Shown: piece after piece, positions 10,024 through 20,500 of the stretch
How the letters are laid out: every line of letters starts with the position of its first letter
How positions within the stretch are numbered: position 1 is the first letter of the stretch
Made by a program: the position numbers and the translations under genes
The notes under the pieces: generated by a model
The model's database searches: none
Told to the model about the DNA's origin: nothing
The model's input: only the letters and a program-made list of their open reading frames with translations
Source: Candidatus Omnitrophota bacterium
GTDB lineage: Bacteria > Omnitrophota > Gorgyraeia > Zapsychrales > JAHFFX01
Direction of reading: 5' to 3'
DNA: 64,000 nucleotides
Assembly (NCBI GenBank): GCA_023247705.1
Contig: JAHFFY010000002.1
Coordinates: 38,251-102,250, forward strand

Positions 10024-10638
10024 TTAATTGATTTTGATCCCCAAGGCCAGATCCAAAACAACCTCCGCCATCATCGCGGCGCAGGCCGTGACGCGCGGCG
10101 CCATCGGCGGATGGCCTTGCGTGCTGTCGGTTGAATGGTCGCCGACGATATAAACGTTTCCTACCTTACGCAGATTCATCGGTTTTTTTTCAAGAAGTCT
10201 TGCCATTCCGTTGCCGCTGATAATCCATTTGGTTTTGTTTTGATAATATTGCACGAACTGAAATTTCCATTGGGCCTGATCGAAGGCTTCAATAATAAAC
10301 GGGCAGCTGTGAAAATAGGCGGTGCCGGTTTCCGGCGTCCATTTGACATGGTGGACCAGCACTTCAACCTCCGGATTGATCTGCAGCAGGCGTTTTTTTA
10401 AGGTCTCGACTTTGACCGCGCCGATTTCATCGGCGAAATACTGTTGCCGGTTGAGATTCGAGGCGTCGATGACGTCCTGATCGACGATCTCAAAATGCTT
10501 AAAACCCGAGCGCGTCAGGATGACGGCGACATTGGAGCCAAGTCCGCCCGCGTCGCCGATGCCGATTTTAAGAGACTGGATTTTTTTAAGCTGGTCTCCG
10601 TTTAAATAACGTACAAGACCTTCTTCGAATGCGTTCAT
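10024..10638 (-). CDS. thiF: ThiF/MoeB-type E1 adenylyltransferase, short form.
   Basis: Rossmann motif 'IGIGDAGGLGSNVAV'. It is the last gene of the thiS-G-H-F operon. Confidence 0.7.
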   Translation of the reverse strand: MNAFEEGLVRYLNGDQLKKIQSLKIGIGDAGGLGSNVAVILTRSGFKHFEIVDQDVIDASNLNRQQYFADEIGAVKVETLKKRLLQINPEVEVLVHHVKWTPETGTAYFHSCPFIIEAFDQAQWKFQFVQYYQNKTKWIISGNGMARLLEKKPMNLRKVGNVYIVGDHSTDSTQGHPPMAPRVTACAAMMAEVVLDLALGIKIN

Positions 10639-10641
10639 GAT

Positions 10642-11679
10642 TTAATGGGTTTTGATTATATTGTTCTGGATTCTCCGCCAGTCGGTAAATACCGGATCGA
10701 AATGCCGTTTCTTCAAAAGCGTGACGATGTCGGCCACGGAGCGCTGATCTTCGATGTCGAATTGGGGGTCTTGTTCCTCCCGGGATTTAAGCGTATATCC
10801 TCCGACGGAGGTGTTGGACCCGGCCGACATGCGGGTGATCCCCAGTTCCAGGGCGTGATTGCGCAGTTCACAAGATTCTCTGGTCGAGAGATTAATGCCG
10901 ACCCGCGGGAAAAGCGTTCGCGTCAAACAGACGATTTTAATAAAACAAAGATCATCCACGTGGCAGCGCATGAAATCTTCGCCTTTAATGGGTTTCAGCC
11001 GTGGAAACGAAAGACTGTATTCCACTCCGGGAAAATTTTTTTCCATTGAACGCAGATGATGGTATAAAGCGAAAAGATCAGTCGCCACATCCGAAAGCCC
11101 AAGCAAAATGCCCATGGAAATGCTCCGTAATCCCGCCCGGGCGGCGCGCTCCGGGGTCGTCACTCGGAAATCATAATCAGCCTTGATCCCGGAGAGATGG
11201 ACTTCATGATAACGTTTTCGGTCGTAGGTCTCCTGATAAACCGTGATCCCATCGGCACCGGCTGCAAATAATTCTTCGTACTCGTCTTGTTGCATCGGAT
11301 GGACTTCGAGGCTGATGTTGGGAAAATAATCTTTGGCGACACTGACCGCTTCGTTGAGATATTTAAGAGGGGTGAGCTGATAGGATTCGCCGGTCAAAAG
11401 AAGAATGTTTTCGATGCCTTGTTTCCCGACGAACGACATCTCTTGCCGCATTTCATCGGCGGTCAGCTTAAACCGTTTGATGCGATGGTGCGAATGAAAT
11501 CCGCAGTAGGTGCAATGGCTGCTGCAGTAATTGGATAAATATAAAGGGGCATAAAGCGAGATCGTGCGTCCAAAATATTGTTGCGTGAGCTGTTGGGATC
11601 GCCGGGCTAGTGTTTCCGTTGTTTCCGGATGGCGGTCGGCGAGAATATTTTTGATTTCATCGAGCGTGATCATGGTCAA
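10642..11679 (-). CDS. thiH: Radical-SAM tyrosine lyase ThiH (2-iminoacetate synthase).
   Basis: '[10 protein letters not shown]' CxxxCxxC cluster motif. Context with thiG and thiS supports the call. Confidence 0.75.
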   Translation of the reverse strand: MTMITLDEIKNILADRHPETTETLARRSQQLTQQYFGRTISLYAPLYLSNYCSSHCTYCGFHSHHRIKRFKLTADEMRQEMSFVGKQGIENILLLTGESYQLTPLKYLNEAVSVAKDYFPNISLEVHPMQQDEYEELFAAGADGITVYQETYDRKRYHEVHLSGIKADYDFRVTTPERAARAGLRSISMGILLGLSDVATDLFALYHHLRSMEKNFPGVEYSLSFPRLKPIKGEDFMRCHVDDLCFIKIVCLTRTLFPRVGINLSTRESCELRNHALELGITRMSAGSNTSVGGYTLKSREEQDPQFDIEDQRSVADIVTLLKKRHFDPVFTDWRRIQNNIIKTH

Positions 11680-12472
11680 AAAGAAATCCGGTTAAAGGGG
11701 AAGAGGCGTCGGCGATTGTTTTAGGATGCGGCATTCGGCTTAAATAAGCCAACCGGCCCGCGGCGACCGCCAACGAAAATGATTGCGCTAAAAGCGCGGG
11801 CGACCCGGCGGTGGCCACAGCGGTATTGGCCAGGACCGCGGCGGCGCCGATTTCCATGGCTTCCGCCGCCTGGGAAGGCGAACCTATTCCGGCGTCGACA
11901 ATGATCGGCAAATCAATTTCATTGAGCAGAATCCGGATGAATTCTTTTGTTTTAAGGCCTTGATTGCTTCCGATCATCGAACCCAGCGGCATGACGGTCG
12001 CGGCCCCGGCCTTGACTAATTCGCGGGCGACATAGAGATCGGGATACATATAAGGAAGGGCGATAAAACCGTCTTTGACGAGGAGTTCGGTTGCTTTGAT
12101 GGTTTCCTGATTATCCGGGAGAAGATATTTGCTGTCATTGATGACTTCGATTTTGATCCAATCGCCGCAGCCGGATTCCCGGGCCAGACGCGCGATGCGC
12201 AGGGCTTCCGGTGCGTTGCGGGCGCCCGAGGTGTTGGTCAGCAGCGTAACGTTTTTGGGAATATATTCGAGGATGTTTTCCTGGTGACGTTCCAAATCGA
12301 TTCGGCGTAACGCGACGGTAACGATCTCGGTCCCGGAGGCAAGGATACTTTCTTTAAGGTCCAGTTTATTTTTAAATTTCCCAGTCCCTAAAAGAAAGCG
12401 GCTTTTAAATGCTCGCCCGGCGATGATTAAGGGTGTGTCTTTGATGGTGGTTGATAGGGTGTTTGTATTCAT
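11657..12472 (-). CDS. thiG: Thiazole synthase ThiG.
   Basis: Conserved ThiG core '...[29 protein letters not shown]...'. Confidence 0.85.
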   Translation of the reverse strand: MNTNTLSTTIKDTPLIIAGRAFKSRFLLGTGKFKNKLDLKESILASGTEIVTVALRRIDLERHQENILEYIPKNVTLLTNTSGARNAPEALRIARLARESGCGDWIKIEVINDSKYLLPDNQETIKATELLVKDGFIALPYMYPDLYVARELVKAGAATVMPLGSMIGSNQGLKTKEFIRILLNEIDLPIIVDAGIGSPSQAAEAMEIGAAAVLANTAVATAGSPALLAQSFSLAVAAGRLAYLSRMPHPKTIADASSPLTGFLFDHDHAR

Positions 12473-12564
12473 AATTTCAGTAAAATTCGTTTGCGGGTTA
12501 ACGGGTTTCGAGTGAACGAGTTAAAACTCGACAACTCGTTAAACCCGAAACTCGCTAACTTAAA

Positions 12565-12765
12565 TCAACCTCCCCCGACAAAATTAACCAATTCAACCGT
12601 GTCGCCGTTGGATAAATTTTTCTCCGGCCACACCTGGCTTTTGATGATCGTTCCGTTGACTTCGGCGATGACATGCTGGGAGTCTTTGCAGAATTGTTCG
12701 ATCACTTTTTTGAGATTAACCGAAGAGGTGAATTCTTTTTCTTGTCCGTTAATTGTGATTTTCAT
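12565..12765 (-). CDS. thiS: Sulfur-carrier protein ThiS.
   Basis: 66 aa, ubiquitin-like, with a C-terminal GG. Confidence 0.7.
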   Translation of the reverse strand: MKITINGQEKEFTSSVNLKKVIEQFCKDSQHVIAEVNGTIIKSQVWPEKNLSNGDTVELVNFVGGG

Positions 12766-12994
12766 GGCGAACCTCGGGATTTAAATATATTTTCTGGGGA
12801 GATTGATTCGATTTTCTTCTCGAGACAGGAGTCATCTTAAATCACTTTTTTAGAAAATGCAAATGAAATATCGTTGCCGGTTTTGTGTGTGAAATTAATC
12901 GGGAATTATTGACTTCAAGAGTCACCGATGCGATAATCAATGCGTTTTAATAAACTTTTTTCCATTGATTCTTGGTCAATCACAGGTGTGATAC

Positions 12995-13402
12995 ATGTCA
13001 AAAGAAATCACCGCGGATTTGGAAGCCTGTAAAACCTGCAAGGCCGGATCCTGCTGTTATGAAGGCGCCGAACTCACCTTAAGAGAATTGAAAATAATCA
13101 TCAAATACAATCCTCCTGTCGCCAAACCTTGGTTTCGTCTGGTGAAAAAATCCGAGAAACCCGACGGGGTTCATGATTTTTCCACGATTGTCCGCAACGG
13201 GACGTGTGTCTTCCAGGATAAAAATAATTTGTGCACCGTCTATAAAGTCCGGCCGCATTACTGCCGGGATTTTCCCTTGGAAGACGGAAAGACGGCGCCG
13301 CATTATAAAAGACTGTGCGTTTTGTTTCATGAAAAATGGGCGCACAACAGCAATACGCGCCGCGTTTACGAAGAAAGAGAGAATTCCGCAGAAAAAAAGT
13401 AG
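12995..13402 (+). CDS. YkgJ/UPF0153-like Cys-cluster (putative Zn/Fe-S) protein.
   Basis: N-terminal 'CKTCKAGSCC' plus further Cys residues. A TTGACT-17-GATAAT promoter lies at 12911-12940. Confidence 0.4.
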   Translation: MSKEITADLEACKTCKAGSCCYEGAELTLRELKIIIKYNPPVAKPWFRLVKKSEKPDGVHDFSTIVRNGTCVFQDKNNLCTVYKVRPHYCRDFPLEDGKTAPHYKRLCVLFHEKWAHNSNTRRVYEERENSAEKK

Positions 13403-13610
13403 ATTTTTTATTTGATTTGTAGTATAAGGTTGTATAATTATTTTCGAAATTCATAAATAATTCGAAAATTTCAGTTGAGGTCAGGAAACGAACGCAATGG
13501 TTTTTCTTAACTGCAGCTGAAATTTCTTAGTTTTAACCAACCCGGCAAGATACACGGGACGAAAGTGGGCAAAATGAGAGGGAAGATGCACTATCAGAAG
13601 GAGGATTCCG

Positions 13611-14102
13611 ATTAAGACGACCGAAAAAAATCAAGTTTTTGGTTATCAACTGCTTTTAGATCTTTACGATTGCAAACTAGGAGTGTGTGATGATTTGGGT
13701 CTGTGCTATCAATTCCTGGATGAGATCGTTAGTGATTTAGGAATGGAAAAACAATCTCCTCCAAGCATCTTCCGCAGCGATGCGGTCCGTTTCCCGGATA
13801 AAGCCGGTCTCTCCGGTTGGGCTCCATTAATTGAAAGTTCTGTGGTGATCCATACGTTATCGCCGAAGAATTATATCTCGATTGACGTGTACTGCTGCAA
13901 ATGTTTTAGCCTGGAGGTAGCGAAGAATGTCTGCCGTAAATTTTTTGCGCCGAAAAAAATCGATGAGCAATATATTGAGCGCGGGATGGATTACTATAAG
14001 ACCGACACGAATTATCACACGATGACCGTGAAAAAAGGAAGTGTGAAAGCGCCTGAGGTCACGATCAATAAAAAAGAGCCGCAATTGGCCTCGAGCCGTT
14101 AA
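13611..14102 (+). CDS. speH: S-adenosylmethionine decarboxylase proenzyme, SpeH-like.
   Basis: 'DLYDC' N-terminal motif and a 'PLIESSVVIHTLSP...IDVYCC' self-cleavage-site region. The conserved N-terminus lies upstream of the first GTG at 13683. An AGGAGG RBS at 13599-13604 sits 6 nt before ATT at 13611, so the start is uncertain. Confidence 0.55.
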   Translation: MKTTEKNQVFGYQLLLDLYDCKLGVCDDLGLCYQFLDEIVSDLGMEKQSPPSIFRSDAVRFPDKAGLSGWAPLIESSVVIHTLSPKNYISIDVYCCKCFSLEVAKNVCRKFFAPKKIDEQYIERGMDYYKTDTNYHTMTVKKGSVKAPEVTINKKEPQLASSR

Positions 14103-14128
14103 TCAGTTTTTTCAAATATATTGTTTAG

Positions 14129-14168
14129 GAGGGGGGGATTATATGACGCATATGACCCCCCTTTTTTT
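14129..14168 (+). terminator. Rho-independent terminator after speH.
   Basis: GGGGGGG-ATTATATGACGCATATGA-CCCCCC followed by TTTTTTT. Confidence 0.7.
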
Positions 14169-14315
14169 ATCCTTAGGTATTGAGAAAGTTAACGCGTTCG
14201 CGGGTTTGCTGGTTCAACGAGTTGGTTGTCGTGTTGTCCCGTTTAAGAACAGTCCGAATAATCCGTTAAACGCGTAAACTCGACAACCCGCAAACGATTA
14301 TAAATATTTAAACCT

Positions 14316-16802
14316 ATGCCTTACTCAACCGACGAAATCAAACGCATCGAAACCAAATGGCAGGGCATTTGGCACGACAAAAAAATTTTTAAAGTCGATG
14401 TCGACCCCAAGAAAAAGAAATACTATGTGCTCGAGATGTTTCCCTATCCTTCGGGAAAAATCCATATGGGCCATGTCCGCAATTACACGATCGCCGATGT
14501 GATCGCCCGTTTCAAGATGATGCAGGGGTATCATGTCCTTCATCCGATCGGCTACGACGCCTTCGGCCAGCCCGCTGAAAACGCCGCGATCAAACATAAA
14601 GTCGATCCCGCCGAATGGACGTACCGCTGTATCGACCAGATGCGCGAAGAGCTGAAGAAGATGGGGTTCTCCTATGATTGGGATCGTGAATTATCGACGT
14701 GTGATGCACAATATTACCGCTGGAACCAGTGGATTTTTTTAAAGATGTTCGAAAAAGGTTTGGCTTATAAAAAAGCCTCATCGGTCAATTGGTGCCCGAG
14801 CTGCGAGACGACTCTGGCGAACGAAGAAGTGATTCAGGGCGAATGCTGGCGGTGTAAGTCAACGGTCGTCCAGAAAGACCTTGAGCAATGGTATTTGAAG
14901 ATCACGCAGTACGCCGAGGATCTTTTCGAAGATTTGCAACAATTGAACCACTGGCCGCCGCGCGTCATCACGATGCAAGAAAACTGGATCGGCAAGAGCC
15001 AAGGTGTTGAGATTTATTTCAAGATTCAGAAAACCGGCGAGACGTTGACTGTGTTCACGACCCGGCCGGACACGATTTTCGGTGCGACGTATGTTGTTTT
15101 GGCCCCGGAACATCCTCTCGTTAAAAAATTGGTTGTCGGAACGTCTCACGAAAAAAATGTTTTGTCGTTTGTCGACAAGGTTGCGAAGGAAAGTAAAAGC
15201 GACCGCCTGTCCGGCGATTTGAAAAAGGAAGGGATCTTCGCCGGACAATACGCGATCAATCCCGTTAATCAGGAAACGATCCCGATCTGGATCGCTGATT
15301 ACGTCCTGATGGAATACGGGACCGGGGCCATCATGGCGGTGCCGACGCACGACCAGCGCGATTTTTTATTTGCCAAAGAACATCAGTTGCCGATGCGGAT
15401 TGTTATCCAGGATGCGGTCAATCCTCAGCAACGACCCTCAGATCTCAAAGAAGCGTATGAAGGCGACGGTCTTCAGATAAATTCCGGAATCTTTAACGGT
15501 ATATCCAATCAAGAAGGGTTAAAGAGGATCGCGGCGTGGATGGAAGGAAATAAAATGGGAAAGATCATCGTACATTGGCGTCTGCGCGACTGGTTGATTT
15601 CGCGGCAGCGTTATTGGGGGACACCGATTCCCATGATCTATTGTCAGAGTTGCGGAATTGTCCCGGTCTCGGAACAACAATTGCCTGTCGAACTCCCTAA
15701 AAATATCAAGATCTCTGGCCAGGGCGGAAGCCCATTGGCTCAATCTGCGGAATTTATCGAAACGACCTGCCCGCGCTGTCAAAAACCGGCGCGCCGCGAG
15801 ACCGATACCATGGCGACGTTTTTTGATTCGTCCTGGTACTTTTTGCGATTTGGTTCAGCCAATAATAATGAAAAAGTTTTTGATCCGAAAGAAGCCGCCT
15901 ACTGGATGCCGGTCGATCAATATATCGGCGGGATTGAGCATGCCATTCTTCATTTATTGTATTCCCGGTTTTTCACGAAATTTTTCAAGGACCTCGGGCT
16001 GATTGGATTTTCCGAACCGTTTTATCGTCTCTTGACGCAAGGGATGGTTTTAAAAGACGGTGAGGTTATGTCTAAATCACGAGGCAACACCGTTGACCCG
16101 GATCTGGTCATCGAAAAATACGGCGCGGACACATTGCGGTTGTTTATTTTGTTCGCGGCACCTCCGGAAGATCAGCTGGAATGGAATGACAACGCGATCG
16201 AAGGGTCATGGAAGTTTTTGTCCCGTGTCTGGAATTTGATTGAGAATAAATATAAAAAAGAAGATCACTTTGTCAGCAAGGGCATGACGAATGCGGCCGC
16301 GGACCAGGAAGACAAGTCGATCGAACGCGAGCGGAATCTGGCCATAAAGAAAGTTACGGAAGATATTTCGAATGGTTTTAAATTTAATACCGCGATCAGC
16401 GCAATGATGGTTTTGGTCAACAAGATTGAACGTTATCAAGTGGAAGGACATTTCAAACAAAAAACAGTCAATGACGCGATCAAAACATTGGTTTTACTGC
16501 TGGCCCCTTTTACCCCGCACGTCTGCGAGGAGTTGTGGCGGATCATGGGCGGGGCCGAAGAGAGTGTGGCCCGCGTGGCGTGGCCGTCGGTGGATGAGAA
16601 GGCCATGATCCAGGATGTCGTTTCGATCGTTGTTCAGGTGAACGGCAAGTTAAGAGGCAAGTTTGATGTCGCCCCGGACGTCGATGAAGAGCATTTAAAG
16701 AAACTGATTACCGCCGATCCCAGAATCCAGGCGCATCTGGAAGGCAAGGCGGTCAAGAAATTGATCGTGGTGCCGAACAAGTTGGTGAATATCGTCGTGT
16801 AA
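14316..16802 (+). CDS. leuS: Leucyl-tRNA synthetase.
   Basis: HMGH 'KIHMGHVRNY' and KMSKS 'VMSKSRGN' motifs. Full-length match to LeuS. Confidence 0.95.
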   Translation: MPYSTDEIKRIETKWQGIWHDKKIFKVDVDPKKKKYYVLEMFPYPSGKIHMGHVRNYTIADVIARFKMMQGYHVLHPIGYDAFGQPAENAAIKHKVDPAEWTYRCIDQMREELKKMGFSYDWDRELSTCDAQYYRWNQWIFLKMFEKGLAYKKASSVNWCPSCETTLANEEVIQGECWRCKSTVVQKDLEQWYLKITQYAEDLFEDLQQLNHWPPRVITMQENWIGKSQGVEIYFKIQKTGETLTVFTTRPDTIFGATYVVLAPEHPLVKKLVVGTSHEKNVLSFVDKVAKESKSDRLSGDLKKEGIFAGQYAINPVNQETIPIWIADYVLMEYGTGAIMAVPTHDQRDFLFAKEHQLPMRIVIQDAVNPQQRPSDLKEAYEGDGLQINSGIFNGISNQEGLKRIAAWMEGNKMGKIIVHWRLRDWLISRQRYWGTPIPMIYCQSCGIVPVSEQQLPVELPKNIKISGQGGSPLAQSAEFIETTCPRCQKPARRETDTMATFFDSSWYFLRFGSANNNEKVFDPKEAAYWMPVDQYIGGIEHAILHLLYSRFFTKFFKDLGLIGFSEPFYRLLTQGMVLKDGEVMSKSRGNTVDPDLVIEKYGADTLRLFILFAAPPEDQLEWNDNAIEGSWKFLSRVWNLIENKYKKEDHFVSKGMTNAAADQEDKSIERERNLAIKKVTEDISNGFKFNTAISAMMVLVNKIERYQVEGHFKQKTVNDAIKTLVLLLAPFTPHVCEELWRIMGGAEESVARVAWPSVDEKAMIQDVVSIVVQVNGKLRGKFDVAPDVDEEHLKKLITADPRIQAHLEGKAVKKLIVVPNKLVNIVV

Positions 16803-16891
16803 ACAATTGTTGAACATTTTTTCCCCGATCAGACTTCCCATTTTCCTTTCTTGAGACGTCGTAAGTTTTCTCTCCGGATCATTATGAGATC

Positions 16892-17230
16892 ATGAATATG
16901 TTTACCAAACAGGAAAAGATTGTTTTGATTTTTTTGATGAGCGTTTTGCTTTTTGGGACGGTTTTGCAATATTGCTTTAAGAAAAATCCTCAATGGGCGC
17001 AGAATTTTTCGGTCCTCGAAAGTCATCGGTCATACGTTAAAATTAATTTGAATACGGCAACTCCTCAAGAGCTGGAAGCACTTCCGTTTATCGGTCCAAC
17101 CCTCGCGCAGCGGATCATTGATTATCGCAAAATCCACGGGTCTTTTTTTTCGCTGGAAGAACTCAAGATGGTCCAAGGCCTGAACCAAGGGGTTTTAAAT
17201 AAAATCACTCCGTTCCTCAAGGTTGACTGA
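16892..17230 (+). CDS. comEA: Competence protein ComEA (helix-hairpin-helix DNA-binding protein).
   Basis: C-terminal 'INLNTATPQELEALPFIGPTLAQRIIDYR' (HhH)2 motif. N-terminal TM anchor. Confidence 0.7.
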   Translation: MNMFTKQEKIVLIFLMSVLLFGTVLQYCFKKNPQWAQNFSVLESHRSYVKINLNTATPQELEALPFIGPTLAQRIIDYRKIHGSFFSLEELKMVQGLNQGVLNKITPFLKVD

Positions 17231-17285
17231 TTTTGGGGATTAGTTTGGTAGATAAAAGATAGATGCTTCACACATAAGAAATATC

Positions 17286-17314
17286 TTGACTCGTTGACGG
17301 AATATACATACTAT
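17286..17314 (+). promoter_or_regulatory. Sigma70-type promoter P2 (TTGACT-17-TACTAT) upstream of the large FG-GAP gene.
   Basis: Hexamers at 17286-17291 and 17309-17314. Confidence 0.4.
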
Positions 17315-17391
17315 ACTTTCCTAAATAAGAAAGATTCTTCAAGCTGTTTAATCTCCTCCTTTTTTTATCCATCTACCTTTTGAGATCCGCC

Positions 17392-17420
17392 TTGACAGTA
17401 TTCTCCGTCAACTTTAGAAT
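17392..17420 (+). promoter_or_regulatory. Near-consensus sigma70 promoter P1 (TTGACA-17-TAGAAT), overlapped by a TTGAC-n10-GTCAA dyad.
   Basis: Hexamers at 17392-17397 and 17415-17420. A dyad TTGACAgtattctccGTCAA covers the -35 element and spacer. Confidence 0.5.
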
Positions 17421-17519
17421 AATCGGAAATTGCTTCCAATTCCATTGTCCTTTTATTCATTAAAATTTTTCAGAGAAAAAAGGTTCGTGTTGACGATCGT
17501 TTCTCCAAGGGGTGTATGA

Positions 17520-20500
17520 ATGAAGCGGTTTCTGATTCTATTGGTTTTAAATCTTTCTCTATGCTCATCAACGGTTTTCATCTGGGCTGAAGAATCCGGT
17601 CCCGGCGTTCTTTCTGCCGCGCATAACGAAACCGAATCCGCTTCCGCCGAAACCATTTTGCAGACCATCCAGGATTTGGAATCTGCACGCGATCCGAAAT
17701 GTTACGCTACGGCGACCCGGTTGGAAAATATGATCTACGGGATCCCTTTAAAAGACGAAGCCCGATTTAAGAAAATCGATCTGCAAAAGGCATTGATCCG
17801 ACGGGTTTGGCAGAACGCTTCATCGGCCGTCAAAGCCAAAGGTGTCGCCGGGGCCCGTGTGAGCAAAGAAGACCTTCAGTTGGTCGTTCAAAAGATTTTG
17901 TATTATTCCAGAACCAAAGACGAAGATTTTATAGTGGAGATCCCTTCTCAAGAGCCGCGCATCATCAAGAAGCTGCGTTTTTCCCAATACACCTCAGTGG
18001 CCTATGCCCTGCGGGCGATTTTTGCCGTACAGCAGGATGAACTATTATTGAATGACCATGATGAACTGGTGCCTTTAGATCAAGACGCGATTGCTTTTCT
18101 GAAAGAAGTGGTGGATGTTTACACGATGATCGCGCTGGATCTGGCCAGCTTTGAGGCGCGCCGGGTCGATCAGCGTTTGATTTCCGCGGAGTTGATCACG
18201 AAGGTATGGAAATCAATTTCTTGGTTAAATCCGCCGGATGCGCAACCCAACTCTCCGCAGCGATCCGTTGTCCTATCCGACCGTGTTTTAAAAAATCAAT
18301 CGGCGATTCTGCAAGAACTGATCGACCGTAAGATCACGGCCTTTGCGGCTTATAATAATACCGTGCCCCTTGAACAAAAAGACAACCTGCTTTTTAAAAT
18401 GATGAGTGAATCGTACGCGCGGGCTCCATTTCCCAAAGAAGAAAACGCCCGATGGGCGATTAAAGAGATGCTGGAAAAGATTTTGATCCAATTTGCGATG
18501 GATGTATTGTTAAAATCCCAGGAGATCGCGCAGGATCGACGTCATCCTTTGGTCACCGCCCAGGACGCTTATACCGCCAGCCAGGCGATCGCGCCTCACG
18601 TCGTTGACGATCATGAGACCGTGATTTTTTTCCCCAATCTTCACCAGGAAGATAAAATTGTTCTAGCCAATTATGATTCCGATTCTTTCCGTGATTTTGG
18701 AACACATTGGCAGGTTCTGAAAGATGTCTTCCAAAAAGATCAGGATATTCGCATCAAAACGAATCTTGACCCGTTTGCCACCGAGATCGTGACCGAAGCA
18801 ATCGCCCAGTACGGGGTGCTAGTGCTTCGTGTGGCTGGAAACAGCGTCAACCGAGAATCCAAACTCAAGAGAGGTGCTCTTGTTGTAACGCCGCGGGATC
18901 TTGAACAAGGCAAAAAATCCATCGACGCATCGGTGAAATTAAATGCGCAAACGAAAGCGGCACTGGTTGAACCGGAGAAAATTATTTCCGCTCCCGGAGA
19001 GTATAATCCTCTTGAGATTAAGGAACCGTTTTTCAGCGATATCACTCGAAAAGTGAAAATCAATTTTGAGCACCGGCTATCGGATTGGTTTGTTCAGTGG
19101 ATCAACGCACCGGATGAGAAAGGGCATGATCGTGTTCTCATCAACAGCGGGGGTGTTGCTGCTGAGGATATTAATAATGATGGTTATCCGGATATTTTGT
19201 TGGTCGGCGGTGGAGGGAACCAATTGCTGATCAATGACGGAAAGGGCCATTTTATCAACAAGACCAAACAAGCCGGGATCAATTTTGTCCGGGAAGACGG
19301 TTCCAAGGGCGAACCGCGCCAGCCGATCATCGCGGATTTCGACAACGACGGATGGCAGGACATTTTGATCACATATGTGGATGACCAGCACCGCCTTTAC
19401 CGCAACATCGACGGAGTTCACTTTGAAGATCTCTCTGCGAAGATCAATTTAGGGGGCAAGGGCATGATCGGCGGGCCGGTGACGGTTTTTGATTTCGACC
19501 AGGACGGTCTGCTCGATATTTATATCGGCTATTACGGCCGCGAGCTGGCGCCGGAACGGCGGTCTGCTTTAGCGGCGTACTTGTATCAGAAGAAGAAGAA
19601 AGGTTTAGGGGCTGCTAGAAGCCAAAGAAAAACTTCCGGCGCTCTGGGAATCGGAGACCCTGCTCAACCCAAAACCAGTTCAGATTTATTCAACACCGGT
19701 TCTTCTGCAGACCTTCCCATTGGCCCAACGCTGAATCTGGATAATAAGAATGCTGCGCCCAACGCGTTGTTGCGCAATTTGGGCGGATTTAATTTCAAGG
19801 ATGTTGCTAAAGGAAGTGGCGCCGAAAATCACCGCTGGACGACCGCGGCCGCGCACACCGATATTGACGGCGACGGTAAACAGGATATCGTTGTGTCTAA
19901 CGATTTCGGTAAAAAAACGATTCTGTTGAATAAAGGCGACGGAAGATTCAAGGACGAGGCGGACGCCCTGGGGATTACCGAGACGTATCATTCGATGAAT
20001 GTGGGGATTGCGGATTTAAACCACGATGATTTTCCGGACATTTATTTTTCAAACATTAACTCCATGTTAAAAAACGCCAAGTACACGTTTCCTAACGCCG
20101 GCACGCCGCTTGACACGACCCCCGGGAATATCGCGAAAATGATTTATAACGAAACAAGCACGTTGTATCTTTCGAAAGTTAAAGATGGCAAATTGCTCAC
20201 ATATGTCCTTTGCGATGATTTCAAGAAAGGCGCGGACGATCTGGGCTGGGCGTGGGACGCGGATTTTTTTGATTTTGATAATGACGGCGACGATGATTTG
20301 TATGTTTTAAACGGATACAATGATTATGCCCAGCGCAAGAATTTGCAATTAAGTCATAATGCCGTGGTCATGTCGGTTTTGACAAAAGTTCATCCCCTGT
20401 TAGAAGAGAATCGTGATTACAAAATTTTTTTCGTCAATCAGGACGGACAAATGGTTAATTTTTCGGATGAGAGCGGGGCGAAGCTGAAAGGGTATTCGTC

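Noticed and set aside
9801-10031. 76-aa ORF from the track.
   Set aside because: It lies across the GC-rich terminator hairpin and has an arginine-rich, low-complexity translation. A sequence-composition artefact.
12491-12784. 97-aa plus-strand ORF overlapping thiS.
   Set aside because: Antisense to a well-supported thiS, and it spans the repeat element. No RBS or conserved features.
12766-12994. Searched the thiS upstream region (minus strand) for a TPP riboswitch.
   Set aside because: The CUGAGA, ACCUGAUC, GGAUAAUGCC and GCGUAGGGA signature elements are absent. The leader between a plausible promoter and the thiS ATG is only ~70 nt. The nearby GGGGAG/CUCGAGA words are on the wrong strand and incomplete.
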